Virus record (IMG/VR): IMGVR_UViG_3300045996_002337
Coordinates: 186,001 to 250,000 of that record
Length of the DNA stretch: 64,000 bases
Reading direction: 5' to 3' (one strand)
This document shows positions 15,040-23,576 of this stretch, one piece after another (positions within the stretch are counted from its first letter, which is position 1; each line of letters begins with the position of its first letter). The notes beneath the pieces are model-generated. The model was not told where the DNA came from. It saw only the letters and a program-made list of their open reading frames with translations, and did no database searches. The position numbers and the translations under genes are program-made.

Positions 15040-15099
15040 GCAGCTATTTACGTGGGGTGGGGTTGCAAACTCACTAAATAGACAAGTTGCCAAGGAGCA

Positions 15100-15804
15100 G
15101 TGACGATGAGAGACTTTCTTGAACAGAACAACACGCTAGTTGTCGGTTTAGCCGTTGGCGGAACCGTGCTTGCGATCATCCTCGGCATTCTTCTGTATGG
15201 AGCTAGGGAACTTCAAGTCGAAACGCTGAAGAGAATTGATCAACCGGCTGTTGGCGCTGTGGAGCTACCAGGGCCTAAGAATCAAATCAGCGACCGTTCG
15301 AAGAAACAGGTGGATACATTGCTAGATGAAACACCCCACATCGTCGGCGGCTGGGTCACGAAGCTCCAGTATGGAAAGACGGAAAACCCCATCATTCACT
15401 TCTGGACAGAGAGTGACACCGTCAAGGACCTGATCATTGAGTTCGGAGAAATTCAGGAGAGTGGACGCGGATCGAGCTCCGCCGAGCTAAACGCGGCGAG
15501 CGAGCAGTCGCTAAGGAATTCTGAAGAAGCCAAAAGCGGTCTCATTAAGTGTGGGCCGTTGAGCGCCACAAACCTTCTTCAAATTGCACCGTCAATCGTC
15601 AACGTTGCAAAGGGAGTCTGCCGAGCAACTATCCCACCATTTGATGAAAACGTTAACCTAGGCGTGGTGGTGCTGATTGACGTTGATCCAAATGACAACA
15701 ATGCGGACATCCAAGCGATTCGCCGCACGCTGCTTCAACTTCAGATTGACGTGTTCAACCGCGATTACCAAGGTCGTGAGACCTGGGCGCGTGCGATAGA
15801 GTGA
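15100..15804 (+). CDS. holin-T-like membrane protein (paralog 3, divergent)
   Basis: TM segment, KSGLIKC...VCRATIPPFDENVNLGVVVLI...LQIDVF; TAAATA at 15075-15080. Confidence 0.55.
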   Translation: MTMRDFLEQNNTLVVGLAVGGTVLAIILGILLYGARELQVETLKRIDQPAVGAVELPGPKNQISDRSKKQVDTLLDETPHIVGGWVTKLQYGKTENPIIHFWTESDTVKDLIIEFGEIQESGRGSSSAELNAASEQSLRNSEEAKSGLIKCGPLSATNLLQIAPSIVNVAKGVCRATIPPFDENVNLGVVVLIDVDPNDNNADIQAIRRTLLQLQIDVFNRDYQGRETWARAIE

Positions 15805-16188
15805 TTACATTCCAGCGCTGATGGCTTCGCGCTGGGCGTTCTTCAGCTCATGATCTATTGCACGTTCTTCACATTCGCTTTTTAGTTTAACGATGTCACG
15901 ATTTGTGATCGGGCGGCGGAGTGAAGTCTTCCAGCCAGTCAGCGTGTTTTTGACGCACGTGTCTGCTTTCATTTCTGCCACGATCGTTTCTGCTGTTGCA
16001 ACTGTATCAAGATACCTTTGCCAAACAACTGCGCCAATAAGGGGACCTAGAAGGACCGTAGTCAGTGTGATACCGAAAATTGATTCTTTGAACCATGTAT
16101 AGAACTTTACAGGCGCTGCCAGGATAGGCGCGATCAACCATCCAGCACGTGCGGCGCGCCGCGCCCAAAGACGACGAGTTGCGGTCAT
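15805..16188 (-). CDS. hypothetical membrane protein (paralog of 16185..16586)
   Basis: ATRRLWARRA, TM segment, D-x-CVK...ITN-x-D...C. Confidence 0.65.
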   Translation of the reverse strand: MTATRRLWARRAARAGWLIAPILAAPVKFYTWFKESIFGITLTTVLLGPLIGAVVWQRYLDTVATAETIVAEMKADTCVKNTLTGWKTSLRRPITNRDIVKLKSECEERAIDHELKNAQREAISAGM

Positions 16189-16586
16189 TTCAAAATCTCC
16201 ATTTGTTTCTCACGCTCACGTAGACCATCACAAGCTTTGATGGCCCAGTCGACATCCCAGTTAGTAATGGCTTTAAGGGTGGCGCCTTGAACCAACAGCT
16301 TTTTCACACACGGGTCTTTTGCGGCTTTCGCAATACTTTCGTTGGTTGCGGCTCGGGTCTCATGGAAAATGACGAAGTAGAGAAGCGCTGTAATAAGCGG
16401 TGGAAGCCAGATTCCCATCCATGCAATCATGAATTTGCGGATGGCTTCGACAAGAGAGCCAAGACCCCATACGAGTCGATGCGCTCGTCGGGCCCACAGG
16501 CGACGGGTTGCTGTACTTTTCACCGTGAGAATCCTTCTTCTAGAGCCATGACCAGCTTTGGAATGTCGGCGGCATAGAAGCCGCAC
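16185..16586 (-). CDS. hypothetical membrane protein (paralog of 15805..16188)
   Basis: Same ATRRLWARRA and Cys motifs. Confidence 0.6.
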   Translation of the reverse strand: MRLLCRRHSKAGHGSRRRILTVKSTATRRLWARRAHRLVWGLGSLVEAIRKFMIAWMGIWLPPLITALLYFVIFHETRAATNESIAKAAKDPCVKKLLVQGATLKAITNWDVDWAIKACDGLREREKQMEILK

Positions 16587-17317
16587 GAGTTCAACGTATT
16601 GATTTCTACAACCTTCATTCCATCTGGCGTGTCACAGACGTCGATCACAAATGCGGCGTGAGGCTGCCATTCAGCAATTCTATCACGCGCGTAGTCGAAG
16701 AAACACTGGTCAACCTCCGAAGAGTAGATGACCTGGTCGCCGCGCTTGTAGAGCGAAGCCGTGATGATGTCACCGTGTACGACCCAGAAACGGTATTCGG
16801 AGTAGATCACCTTCGGTTTGGTGACTTGAACGAGGGTGTTCTTCGTCAAGGAGTTGCCGTAGTCCTCTTCAAGGACGCAGACCTTTCGCTTCCAGGTGTA
16901 GAATTCTTCCTTCTCGAAAACCTTACCGGCGAATACCTTGCTGTCCTCAATTGGTCGAATGAAGGCGAGATGCTCCTCACCACGTTCAAAGAACGGAAAC
17001 ACCGCGTCCTCGAAACGGCTGACCTTCGAGTCGAAGTTAAGCATATGCTCGCCCCACTTCTCGCGCTGCATTTCAAAGTTGCACGGCTCGAGGTCGAACA
17101 CGCCAGGTGTCCAAATCTTGCGCTTCGCATAGTGCCGGAGGGAGTACGACCCCATGCAGATCACGTTCTTGTGGTCAAGCTCGGGCTCTGGCATGAGGTC
17201 ACCAACGAATGGAACGACCTTGTGAATGGAGTAGGGCAAGCCAAGCCGCTCGAGGGTGTCGAGTAGGGTCTGGTAGGCGGCCTCATTGAAGAGGTTGTTC
17301 TGTAGAATCCAATGCAT
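16520..17317 (-). CDS. ATP-grasp protein, R2K/DUF4343-like
   Basis: FIRP...SKVFAG, SEYRFWVVHG, AFVIDV...VVEINTLNSCGFY. Confidence 0.8.
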   Translation of the reverse strand: MHWILQNNLFNEAAYQTLLDTLERLGLPYSIHKVVPFVGDLMPEPELDHKNVICMGSYSLRHYAKRKIWTPGVFDLEPCNFEMQREKWGEHMLNFDSKVSRFEDAVFPFFERGEEHLAFIRPIEDSKVFAGKVFEKEEFYTWKRKVCVLEEDYGNSLTKNTLVQVTKPKVIYSEYRFWVVHGDIITASLYKRGDQVIYSSEVDQCFFDYARDRIAEWQPHAAFVIDVCDTPDGMKVVEINTLNSCGFYAADIPKLVMALEEGFSR

Positions 17318-17318
17318 G

Positions 17319-17666
17319 TCAGTGCAGCGGCGGGCTGTCGTCGAGGTAGATGTTGTCGTCATCTTCAGCTGTCACTTCTATCAGGTGCAAGATGATCGTC
17401 TGAAGAACTTCAGCATCCAGTTCGTGGATGATTGGGGCCTCTTCTCCGTCACCACCTATTTCGTAGCGCATGAGGTCGCGTGACCCACCCTCAATCGGAT
17501 CCGCGATCACGATGTGCGAAAAGTTCATCAGCTGATAGGAGCTGTCAGGACCAACGGTGAACATGGGCGCGAGGTCCCCAAATTCACCGTCATCGTCGAC
17601 GGTAACTTGTGCGAAGCACTTTTCGCCTTCAACGTCAGGCACACGAAAAATGGCAAGCTTTGACAT
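17319..17666 (-). CDS. hypothetical acidic protein
   Basis: ORF; start MSKLAIF at 17666. Confidence 0.55.
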   Translation of the reverse strand: MSKLAIFRVPDVEGEKCFAQVTVDDDGEFGDLAPMFTVGPDSSYQLMNFSHIVIADPIEGGSRDLMRYEIGGDGEEAPIIHELDAEVLQTIILHLIEVTAEDDDNIYLDDSPPLH

Positions 17667-17950
17667 CACATCACCTCGAAAGCAAAGTTGAGCAGTTCTT
17701 GGGCACCCCATAGATCGAAGGGCACAGGGTCAGGGGTTTCACCGCAGCAGAACTCTTCGAGCTCGGCAGGTGAGAGCTTCGAGAGGGCAATGTCCACCGC
17801 CTTGATGTCAGCTTCAGCATAACGCTCCTCGACGAGATGCATCACGTGGTTAACAACCGATTCCTCGGTCACCCCACGGTAAATGACGCCACTGTCGTAG
17901 GCAATCTCAATGACGGCCTTGATGAGCGATGGGTACTTGTGTGGGATCAT
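17666..17950 (-). CDS. hypothetical protein
   Basis: 94-aa ORF coupled to both neighbours. Confidence 0.6.
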   Translation of the reverse strand: MIPHKYPSLIKAVIEIAYDSGVIYRGVTEESVVNHVMHLVEERYAEADIKAVDIALSKLSPAELEEFCCGETPDPVPFDLWGAQELLNFAFEVM

Positions 17951-19014
17951 TTTGCAAGCTCGTTTGGAATGAAGGCGCGGCCGGCCCGCCAGTGTTTTTG
18001 CGTTTGAACATGATTGGCGCGAACGAACTTTGCCACGCTCTTGCGAAAATCGCCGTAGCTAAACTCACCAGCAATCCGAACCACGTAACCTTCGTCCTTT
18101 TCAAAGTCTAGACTCTTCTCAATGTCACGAACAGTTTTCTCATCCCACATGCCATCATAAAGAACTGGGACAGGTGTTAGGCCGAGCAGCTCACACCAGA
18201 CGATGGTGTCATCCCACCTCAAGCAGCGGTTCTTTGCATCCCAAATGCTAAAGCACATGAAGTATGAAGGCAGGGCGGTGTAGTGAATCGAGTGCTCGGC
18301 CCAGAGGTTCTCGCCGCAAACACGCCAGCCTTCAGGAAGATTGAAGCAGACGTTCTCGATCAGGAACTTCTTGACCCAGGCCCGGTCTTCGCCACCACGG
18401 CTGTCAATCGAACGTGCGTGAATGTGACCATCGCTGTACGCGGTGGTGTTCTCACCGTCCATCTTCTTGGTGATGACTACACGGCGACCTTCAAACTGCG
18501 AGCAGTCCTTCAGGGCTTTGTCGTCGTCTTGTTTTCCAGGAGACCAGGGGAGGTGGAACGTCCGCTCGTACTTGACGTACGAGGTAAACAGATCCAACGC
18601 TCCACCCGCGGCCAGAACTTTCTGTACGGACTCGTCAAAGAAGAGCTCGCCCTTGGCGCGGCGACCGTCAGCAAGTACTGGGTTTCCCCATTTGTCGTAC
18701 TGATGGTCAGGGTAGAAGTGCGGAGGAACCACGATCTTCGTGATGCCTGCTGCTTGACGCACGTCCTCGACCGAGTAGAACGTTTTCTCGCAGAGAAGAT
18801 GATGCAGCTCGCACACGGTCGCGCCGTTCTCGAGATAGTAGCCACCATCTGGCCACAGCCGCCGCTCGAGAATGTGATGCGCGTCGAGCTTGCCCTCAGG
18901 GGTTTGCGCTGCAGTGATTCCGCAGAAAACGCACTTGTGACCATCTCGAAGGAACACACCTTCGCGGAAGTTGTCTCGAGTAAGTAGTTTGGGCTCTGCC
19001 ATGTTATTCTCCAT
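17947..19014 (-). CDS. HNH-domain / RNA ligase fusion protein
   Basis: N-terminal CVFC...DAHHI...NGATVC-x-x-HH; C-terminal ligase motifs KMDGEN, CGEN, EGYVVR, K-F-V-R. Confidence 0.85.
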   Translation of the reverse strand: MENNMAEPKLLTRDNFREGVFLRDGHKCVFCGITAAQTPEGKLDAHHILERRLWPDGGYYLENGATVCELHHLLCEKTFYSVEDVRQAAGITKIVVPPHFYPDHQYDKWGNPVLADGRRAKGELFFDESVQKVLAAGGALDLFTSYVKYERTFHLPWSPGKQDDDKALKDCSQFEGRRVVITKKMDGENTTAYSDGHIHARSIDSRGGEDRAWVKKFLIENVCFNLPEGWRVCGENLWAEHSIHYTALPSYFMCFSIWDAKNRCLRWDDTIVWCELLGLTPVPVLYDGMWDEKTVRDIEKSLDFEKDEGYVVRIAGEFSYGDFRKSVAKFVRANHVQTQKHWRAGRAFIPNELAK

Positions 19015-19032
19015 TTACAGAGGATTATAACG

Positions 19033-19260
19033 TCAATAGAGGCTCTTGTACATAGTTGCCAGCATCTGTTTGGCAACTTTGCGACCTTCTTCCGTAATGA
19101 ACGCATGGTTAAAGTGATGATTGGAACAATGGCGGGCGGCCAGTCCGTTTCGCTCAAGCTCAATGATGTGGCCAGCGTGGGCGTCGACAGACATCGGCGT
19201 TTGCCCTTCATCCAAGGCAAGCAGGACAATAGCTGCCCCATGACATGAGAGTGAAGACAT
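19033..19260 (-). CDS. hypothetical protein
   Basis: 75-aa ORF. Confidence 0.5.
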   Translation of the reverse strand: MSSLSCHGAAIVLLALDEGQTPMSVDAHAGHIIELERNGLAARHCSNHHFNHAFITEEGRKVAKQMLATMYKSLY

Positions 19261-19568
19261 CAGAGTGGCACCCCGATGAGATGACAGCTTTCAACGCCAA
19301 ACTTGACAGCCTTGTCAAGGCCGTCCTTATCATCAGCGGCTTTCATCCTCGTCATCATGTCAAGGTAGTGATGCGCGAGATCGACCGCGTTGTGGACGTT
19401 TTTCGCTTTCAGCAGCGCGCGTTCAACGGCTGGGGCATTTGCCGAGATTGCATGAATGGCGGAGCAGGCAGCGGACCGCAGATCAAGTGGATCTGGCTTG
19501 ATGGCCGGAGGCAATGAAGCAGCGGCGGCCGTGTTGGTCGCCACAATCAACGCAAAGAGCAAACTCAT
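19260..19568 (-). CDS. hypothetical exported protein
   Basis: Signal peptide; early promoter TATAAT near 19594. Confidence 0.6.
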   Translation of the reverse strand: MSLLFALIVATNTAAAASLPPAIKPDPLDLRSAACSAIHAISANAPAVERALLKAKNVHNAVDLAHHYLDMMTRMKAADDKDGLDKAVKFGVESCHLIGVPL

Positions 19569-19609
19569 GGAATCACCTCTGTTAAGATGATTCCATTATA
19601 ACACAGGAT

Positions 19610-19966
19610 TTAGTCTTCCATGCGCTCAAGCAGTGCATCTTCTTCGCCTTGTCCTGATTCAATGTAGGCGTTCGAACCGTATGCCGGTCGGGCCCATTCC
19701 CAGTTTGCGAAACCGACGGGGAGCTTGCCCTTCTTGAAACGTTCGGTGAGGCGGGCCGCGAACTCTTCGGCGAAGGGCAGAACTTCGTGCTCATAGCCAA
19801 TTGCGAGTCGAAGGCGCAGGCGATTGCCGTTCTCGTCTTCGGCGCAGACGTAAGCTGCAGATCGAATGATTTCACCGCGAGGATTGTCGTAGTCAGCCAT
19901 TTCGGAATTGTGACCTACGACAACCAGGTCCGTGCTACCGAAGAACGTGAGGTTGGATGTTTGCAT
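19610..19966 (-). CDS. hypothetical protein
   Basis: 118-aa ORF directly behind a TATAAT promoter. Confidence 0.65.
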   Translation of the reverse strand: MQTSNLTFFGSTDLVVVGHNSEMADYDNPRGEIIRSAAYVCAEDENGNRLRLRLAIGYEHEVLPFAEEFAARLTERFKKGKLPVGFANWEWARPAYGSNAYIESGQGEEDALLERMED

Positions 19967-20072
19967 GAATGCATTATAACATCCAACCTGATTTATGTAG
20001 AACTGTTACACAAAATGTTCAACCTTGGCCGTATCCATAAATAGAGGTTTGAGGATGATGAGGAGAACGAAC

Positions 20073-20831
20073 ATGGCAAAACTTTTCGCCGTGCTTTTGC
20101 TCACGCTGCTGACTGGTTGTTTTAATCACGTTGATGAGTCAAAGATTCCACTGACTGAGGATGAGCTGGCATACATTGCTGGGCACCCTACGGTCACCTT
20201 CGCGGCCGAGGATAATCGACCTCCATACATTTTTGTGGAGGGCGATCAAGTGAAGGGGCTTTCGACCGAGTACATTGAGCTGATCGCAAAGAAGACGGGT
20301 CTTAAATTCCAGCCTGTTAAAACGGGCAGCTACATCGAAAGCATGGACGCATTAGAAATGGAAAAGGTAGATGTGATGACCTCCATCAGGCCAACTCCGG
20401 AAAATACTCGGTTTATGGGCTTCACCCCGCCAATTGCATATCAGGGCGGTGTTTACGTTTTTCGGGTAAACACTCTTCCTCGTTCTCCGCTTACAACTGG
20501 ACTTCACAAAGGGTGTCCAGCCCGAGGCTACCTCGTGTCTAGATTTCCGGACATGCAGCTCGTTGACACAGTTGATGATGAAGAAGCGATTTCCCTTCTT
20601 CATAAAGGGCTGCTAGACGGAGTGGTCACTGATGCTGGAACAGCACGATACCTAACAAACAAAAGTGACGTTCAAGTGCGGTGGGCTTCCATTAACTTCG
20701 ACTTCCCGTTTTCATTTGCATACAACAGCAATGCTGTCACGCTTGGCAGCATTCTAACAAAAGCTATCTCCTCAATCACCCCCGAGGATAAGCACACCAT
20801 CAATTCACGTTGGTTAGTAGGAACAAAATAA
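20073..20831 (+). CDS. family-3 (amino-acid/PAAT-type) periplasmic substrate-binding lipoprotein
   Basis: LLTGC lipobox; LTEDELAYI...AEDNRPPYIF...G-x-x-x-EYIELIAKKTGLKF; stop overlaps the next ATG (TAATG); TAAATA at 20038-20043. Confidence 0.85.
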   Translation: MAKLFAVLLLTLLTGCFNHVDESKIPLTEDELAYIAGHPTVTFAAEDNRPPYIFVEGDQVKGLSTEYIELIAKKTGLKFQPVKTGSYIESMDALEMEKVDVMTSIRPTPENTRFMGFTPPIAYQGGVYVFRVNTLPRSPLTTGLHKGCPARGYLVSRFPDMQLVDTVDDEEAISLLHKGLLDGVVTDAGTARYLTNKSDVQVRWASINFDFPFSFAYNSNAVTLGSILTKAISSITPEDKHTINSRWLVGTK

Positions 20832-21493
20832 TGGTCATGAAGGTAACTCCCACCACTACCGCCCGTGAAGAGCGCACGTGGAAAACTCTAGCAATTGCCG
20901 CGTGTGGCGTTGCAGCCCTAACTGCGGGGCTCGTCGTGTACAAGGGGTGGGACGTGAAGGAACGAGTTGACAATCTGCCACCTGTTATCTCAAACACAAA
21001 ATTTCAAATTTCTGATCGTTCAAAAGACGCGCTGGTTGAATACATGCGTGAAGAGCCGCTCATTGTCGGCGTTGCAGCTGTTGAAGTTGATCTTGCAAAG
21101 AACACGCGCCGCACTGTTTTCTTTCAGGCAAGCTTGTCAGCTCTTCAGCGGGTGTGGGATGATTATCTAACACGCAGAGCCCCACCACCTGCAGTCTTTT
21201 CAGCTTCTTCACCTGCCCAGCAAAATGAGCGCATGGCGCACGTGATCAATGGCAACTTTGACTGTCGCCCATTTAGAGACACTGTCGGCTTCAAATACTA
21301 TCCAGAGGCAGAGAACTTTGCACCCTGGATCTGCTCAATTTCCGTTCCGCCTGGATTTACCGGCGGGGATTTTAGCGGCTTCATTACGTTTTACTTAACG
21401 CGAGAACCAGAAGACGCTGAAATGAAGAAGATGACAAAGAACGCAATTGAGCTGTCAGCTTTGATTCACCGTCGCGATATCCAGAAGAAATAA
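20831..21493 (+). CDS. holin-T-like membrane protein (paralog 4)
   Basis: TM segment, VINGNFDC...ICSISVPPGFTGGDFSGFITFYL. Confidence 0.6.
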   Translation: MVMKVTPTTTAREERTWKTLAIAACGVAALTAGLVVYKGWDVKERVDNLPPVISNTKFQISDRSKDALVEYMREEPLIVGVAAVEVDLAKNTRRTVFFQASLSALQRVWDDYLTRRAPPPAVFSASSPAQQNERMAHVINGNFDCRPFRDTVGFKYYPEAENFAPWICSISVPPGFTGGDFSGFITFYLTREPEDAEMKKMTKNAIELSALIHRRDIQKK

Positions 21494-21507
21494 GGATTGT
21501 TCACATA

Positions 21508-22149
21508 ATGCAAAACAGACCAGACCGCCTACAGTTTTGGAAACTGATCACCATCGTCTTTACGCTCATTAGCATTGTGGCCTTGGGCATCTTTGGATTT
21601 CAGCAACGTCAACCGATCGCTCTTCAAATTGTCGGGAAGCGAGTCAATTTAGATAGTGGACGAATGCCGGCACCAAGTGACGCGTCTATCAGCGAGCTGC
21701 AGGATTTTACCGAAGCCGGGGGAAACATCATGGGCATCAACGTCATTCGAGTGGATTTTAGAATGAACACCCGCAATACGACGTTCCGTCATTTTAAGGA
21801 ACCTGCAGTAACTGCTGCTTGGGAAAAATTTCTTGAGACGCAGCAGGTGGCACCGCTGTTTGGCTCTAACGAACAGACAAACCAACGTCTGATTAACCTG
21901 ATCAATGGTCAATTTCTGTGCGTTAATACCACGAACACCGTGGCGGCGCAATTGATTCCTGAAGTTGCATCACACAGTCAAACTACGTGTATGGCACCGA
22001 TCCCGCCTGGCTACGGCGACTTCGTCGGCTTCATCAATGTGTTCCTTCGCAAGGCACCCTCAGTGCAGGAGATCACTGAGCTTGAAGAATCAACTAGAAA
22101 ATTGGCGATTGACATCTACGAACGAGACGTCGTAAAAACTAAAAAATGA
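21508..22149 (+). CDS. holin-T-like membrane protein (paralog 5)
   Basis: TM segment, LINGQFLC...TCMAPIPPGYGDFVGFINVFL. Confidence 0.6.
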   Translation: MQNRPDRLQFWKLITIVFTLISIVALGIFGFQQRQPIALQIVGKRVNLDSGRMPAPSDASISELQDFTEAGGNIMGINVIRVDFRMNTRNTTFRHFKEPAVTAAWEKFLETQQVAPLFGSNEQTNQRLINLINGQFLCVNTTNTVAAQLIPEVASHSQTTCMAPIPPGYGDFVGFINVFLRKAPSVQEITELEESTRKLAIDIYERDVVKTKK

Positions 22150-22180
22150 AGAAAGGGTCCGTAAGGACCCTTTCTTTTTT
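22150..22180. terminator. bidirectional intrinsic terminator
   Basis: aagaaagggtcc-gtaa-ggaccctttctttttt between convergent genes. Confidence 0.85.
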
Positions 22181-23082
22181 CAGCGGTACTTGAACAGCTC
22201 GCGTCGGGATCGGGCTGCCGAGTCTTCCTTGAACTCTGCAGTACCAACGAGGCCAAAGCGCTTGAGCAGCTTGCGGCCAGCGATGCGCTTTTTGAAGTAG
22301 TAACGCCCGCTTGGGCATGGGCTTTGTCGGTAGCCGTAGCCAGGAACAGCAGGAGCCGGAACAGCAGCGTCTTGGTAGACGTATTCCTTGTCACCTTGCT
22401 TCTTCTTCTCGTCGGTGGTCAGAGCGTCCCAGGTGGCGCTGTTGATTCGCCGCCAGGGGCGAACGTAACGTACGGTTGGAGGGGTGCGATCTACGATCGC
22501 AAAAACCCACCAGACGCCATCTTGGAAGTAGAGGTGGTGATCCTTATCGACGACACGGAACACAGCATCCTGGCGCGTCTTAAGCTCCTCAGCCTCCTTC
22601 ACCTTGTAGGAAGGGTCGTTGTCCTTCTCAGTCGTGCAGAGAATTTTGGTGGTGGGGTGCACGTAGAAGTTGCGACGCCAGCTCTTTGCAACTGGGGTCC
22701 AGCCATCGTAGGCGTTGAAGGTGCACACGACACCATCGATCAGCTTGGTCTTGGTTTCGACGAAATCGAGCAGCAGGTGCTGGTGAACGTGGTCCTTGAT
22801 CTGACTGCGACGGTCGAAGAGCTCGGAAACTTCGCTGTAGACGACGTCCCAGTTCTTGCCGACTTGCTTTCGGACCCAGCGTTCGAGCGGGTTCAGCAGG
22901 TCGCCAAAGCGCTTGCGGTCCTGCTTCTTTTGGTTGCGGCGCTGAGCCATGATGGACTCTTTGCCGCCGCTGAACTCCTCGTCGAAGATCGAGTTGAGCT
23001 TGCAGCGACGAATTTGTCCGAACTTGTTGCGGCTGCCCCGACGCGGATCCTCGGTGAGGACGCGGTTGAAGTCTTTACGCAT
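22180..23082 (-). CDS. hypothetical basic protein
   Basis: 300-aa ORF with good SD. Confidence 0.75.
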   Translation of the reverse strand: MRKDFNRVLTEDPRRGSRNKFGQIRRCKLNSIFDEEFSGGKESIMAQRRNQKKQDRKRFGDLLNPLERWVRKQVGKNWDVVYSEVSELFDRRSQIKDHVHQHLLLDFVETKTKLIDGVVCTFNAYDGWTPVAKSWRRNFYVHPTTKILCTTEKDNDPSYKVKEAEELKTRQDAVFRVVDKDHHLYFQDGVWWVFAIVDRTPPTVRYVRPWRRINSATWDALTTDEKKKQGDKEYVYQDAAVPAPAVPGYGYRQSPCPSGRYYFKKRIAGRKLLKRFGLVGTAEFKEDSAARSRRELFKYR

Positions 23083-23186
23083 TTTTCTCCTTTCAGGTTA
23101 AAGTACACTAGTGCATACTAAAAACCTGAAAGGAAATGAGGTGGAAGAATTGGTGCATGTGAAGATTATACAATGTCGGAGGTCAA

Positions 23187-23576
23187 TTATTTACGGTATT
23201 TTGCGACCTCGGTTTCGCGGTAGCCGGGCGGATAAGTGGGGTACATGACGTCGACCTGTTGCCACTTGGGCACATCATTGAAGATGGACCAGTCGTTCGT
23301 AGCATTGAATCGGTCAAGGCGCTCTTGAATTTGCTGTCGTGAGAGGCTGGTCGAGAAGTCGTAGGTTTTCATGGTCACGTTTTTGCAGGCATGCTCAATT
23401 GCTGCGGTGACACGAAGATTTGCAGCATTCAGACCATCGCAGGTGGCTTGAGCTACCTCTTCCTCGGTGAGGTCGAACTGGAGGCCACCGACATGTTGGC
23501 CGTCGGGGCCCACGATGAAGATGCTCCATTCATTGCAGTATTTGCCGCAGTCAAAATCGCGTCGGAGAGTGTACAT
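23187..23576 (-). CDS. hypothetical protein
   Basis: 129-aa ORF. Confidence 0.6.
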   Translation of the reverse strand: MYTLRRDFDCGKYCNEWSIFIVGPDGQHVGGLQFDLTEEEVAQATCDGLNAANLRVTAAIEHACKNVTMKTYDFSTSLSRQQIQERLDRFNATNDWSIFNDVPKWQQVDVMYPTYPPGYRETEVAKYRK

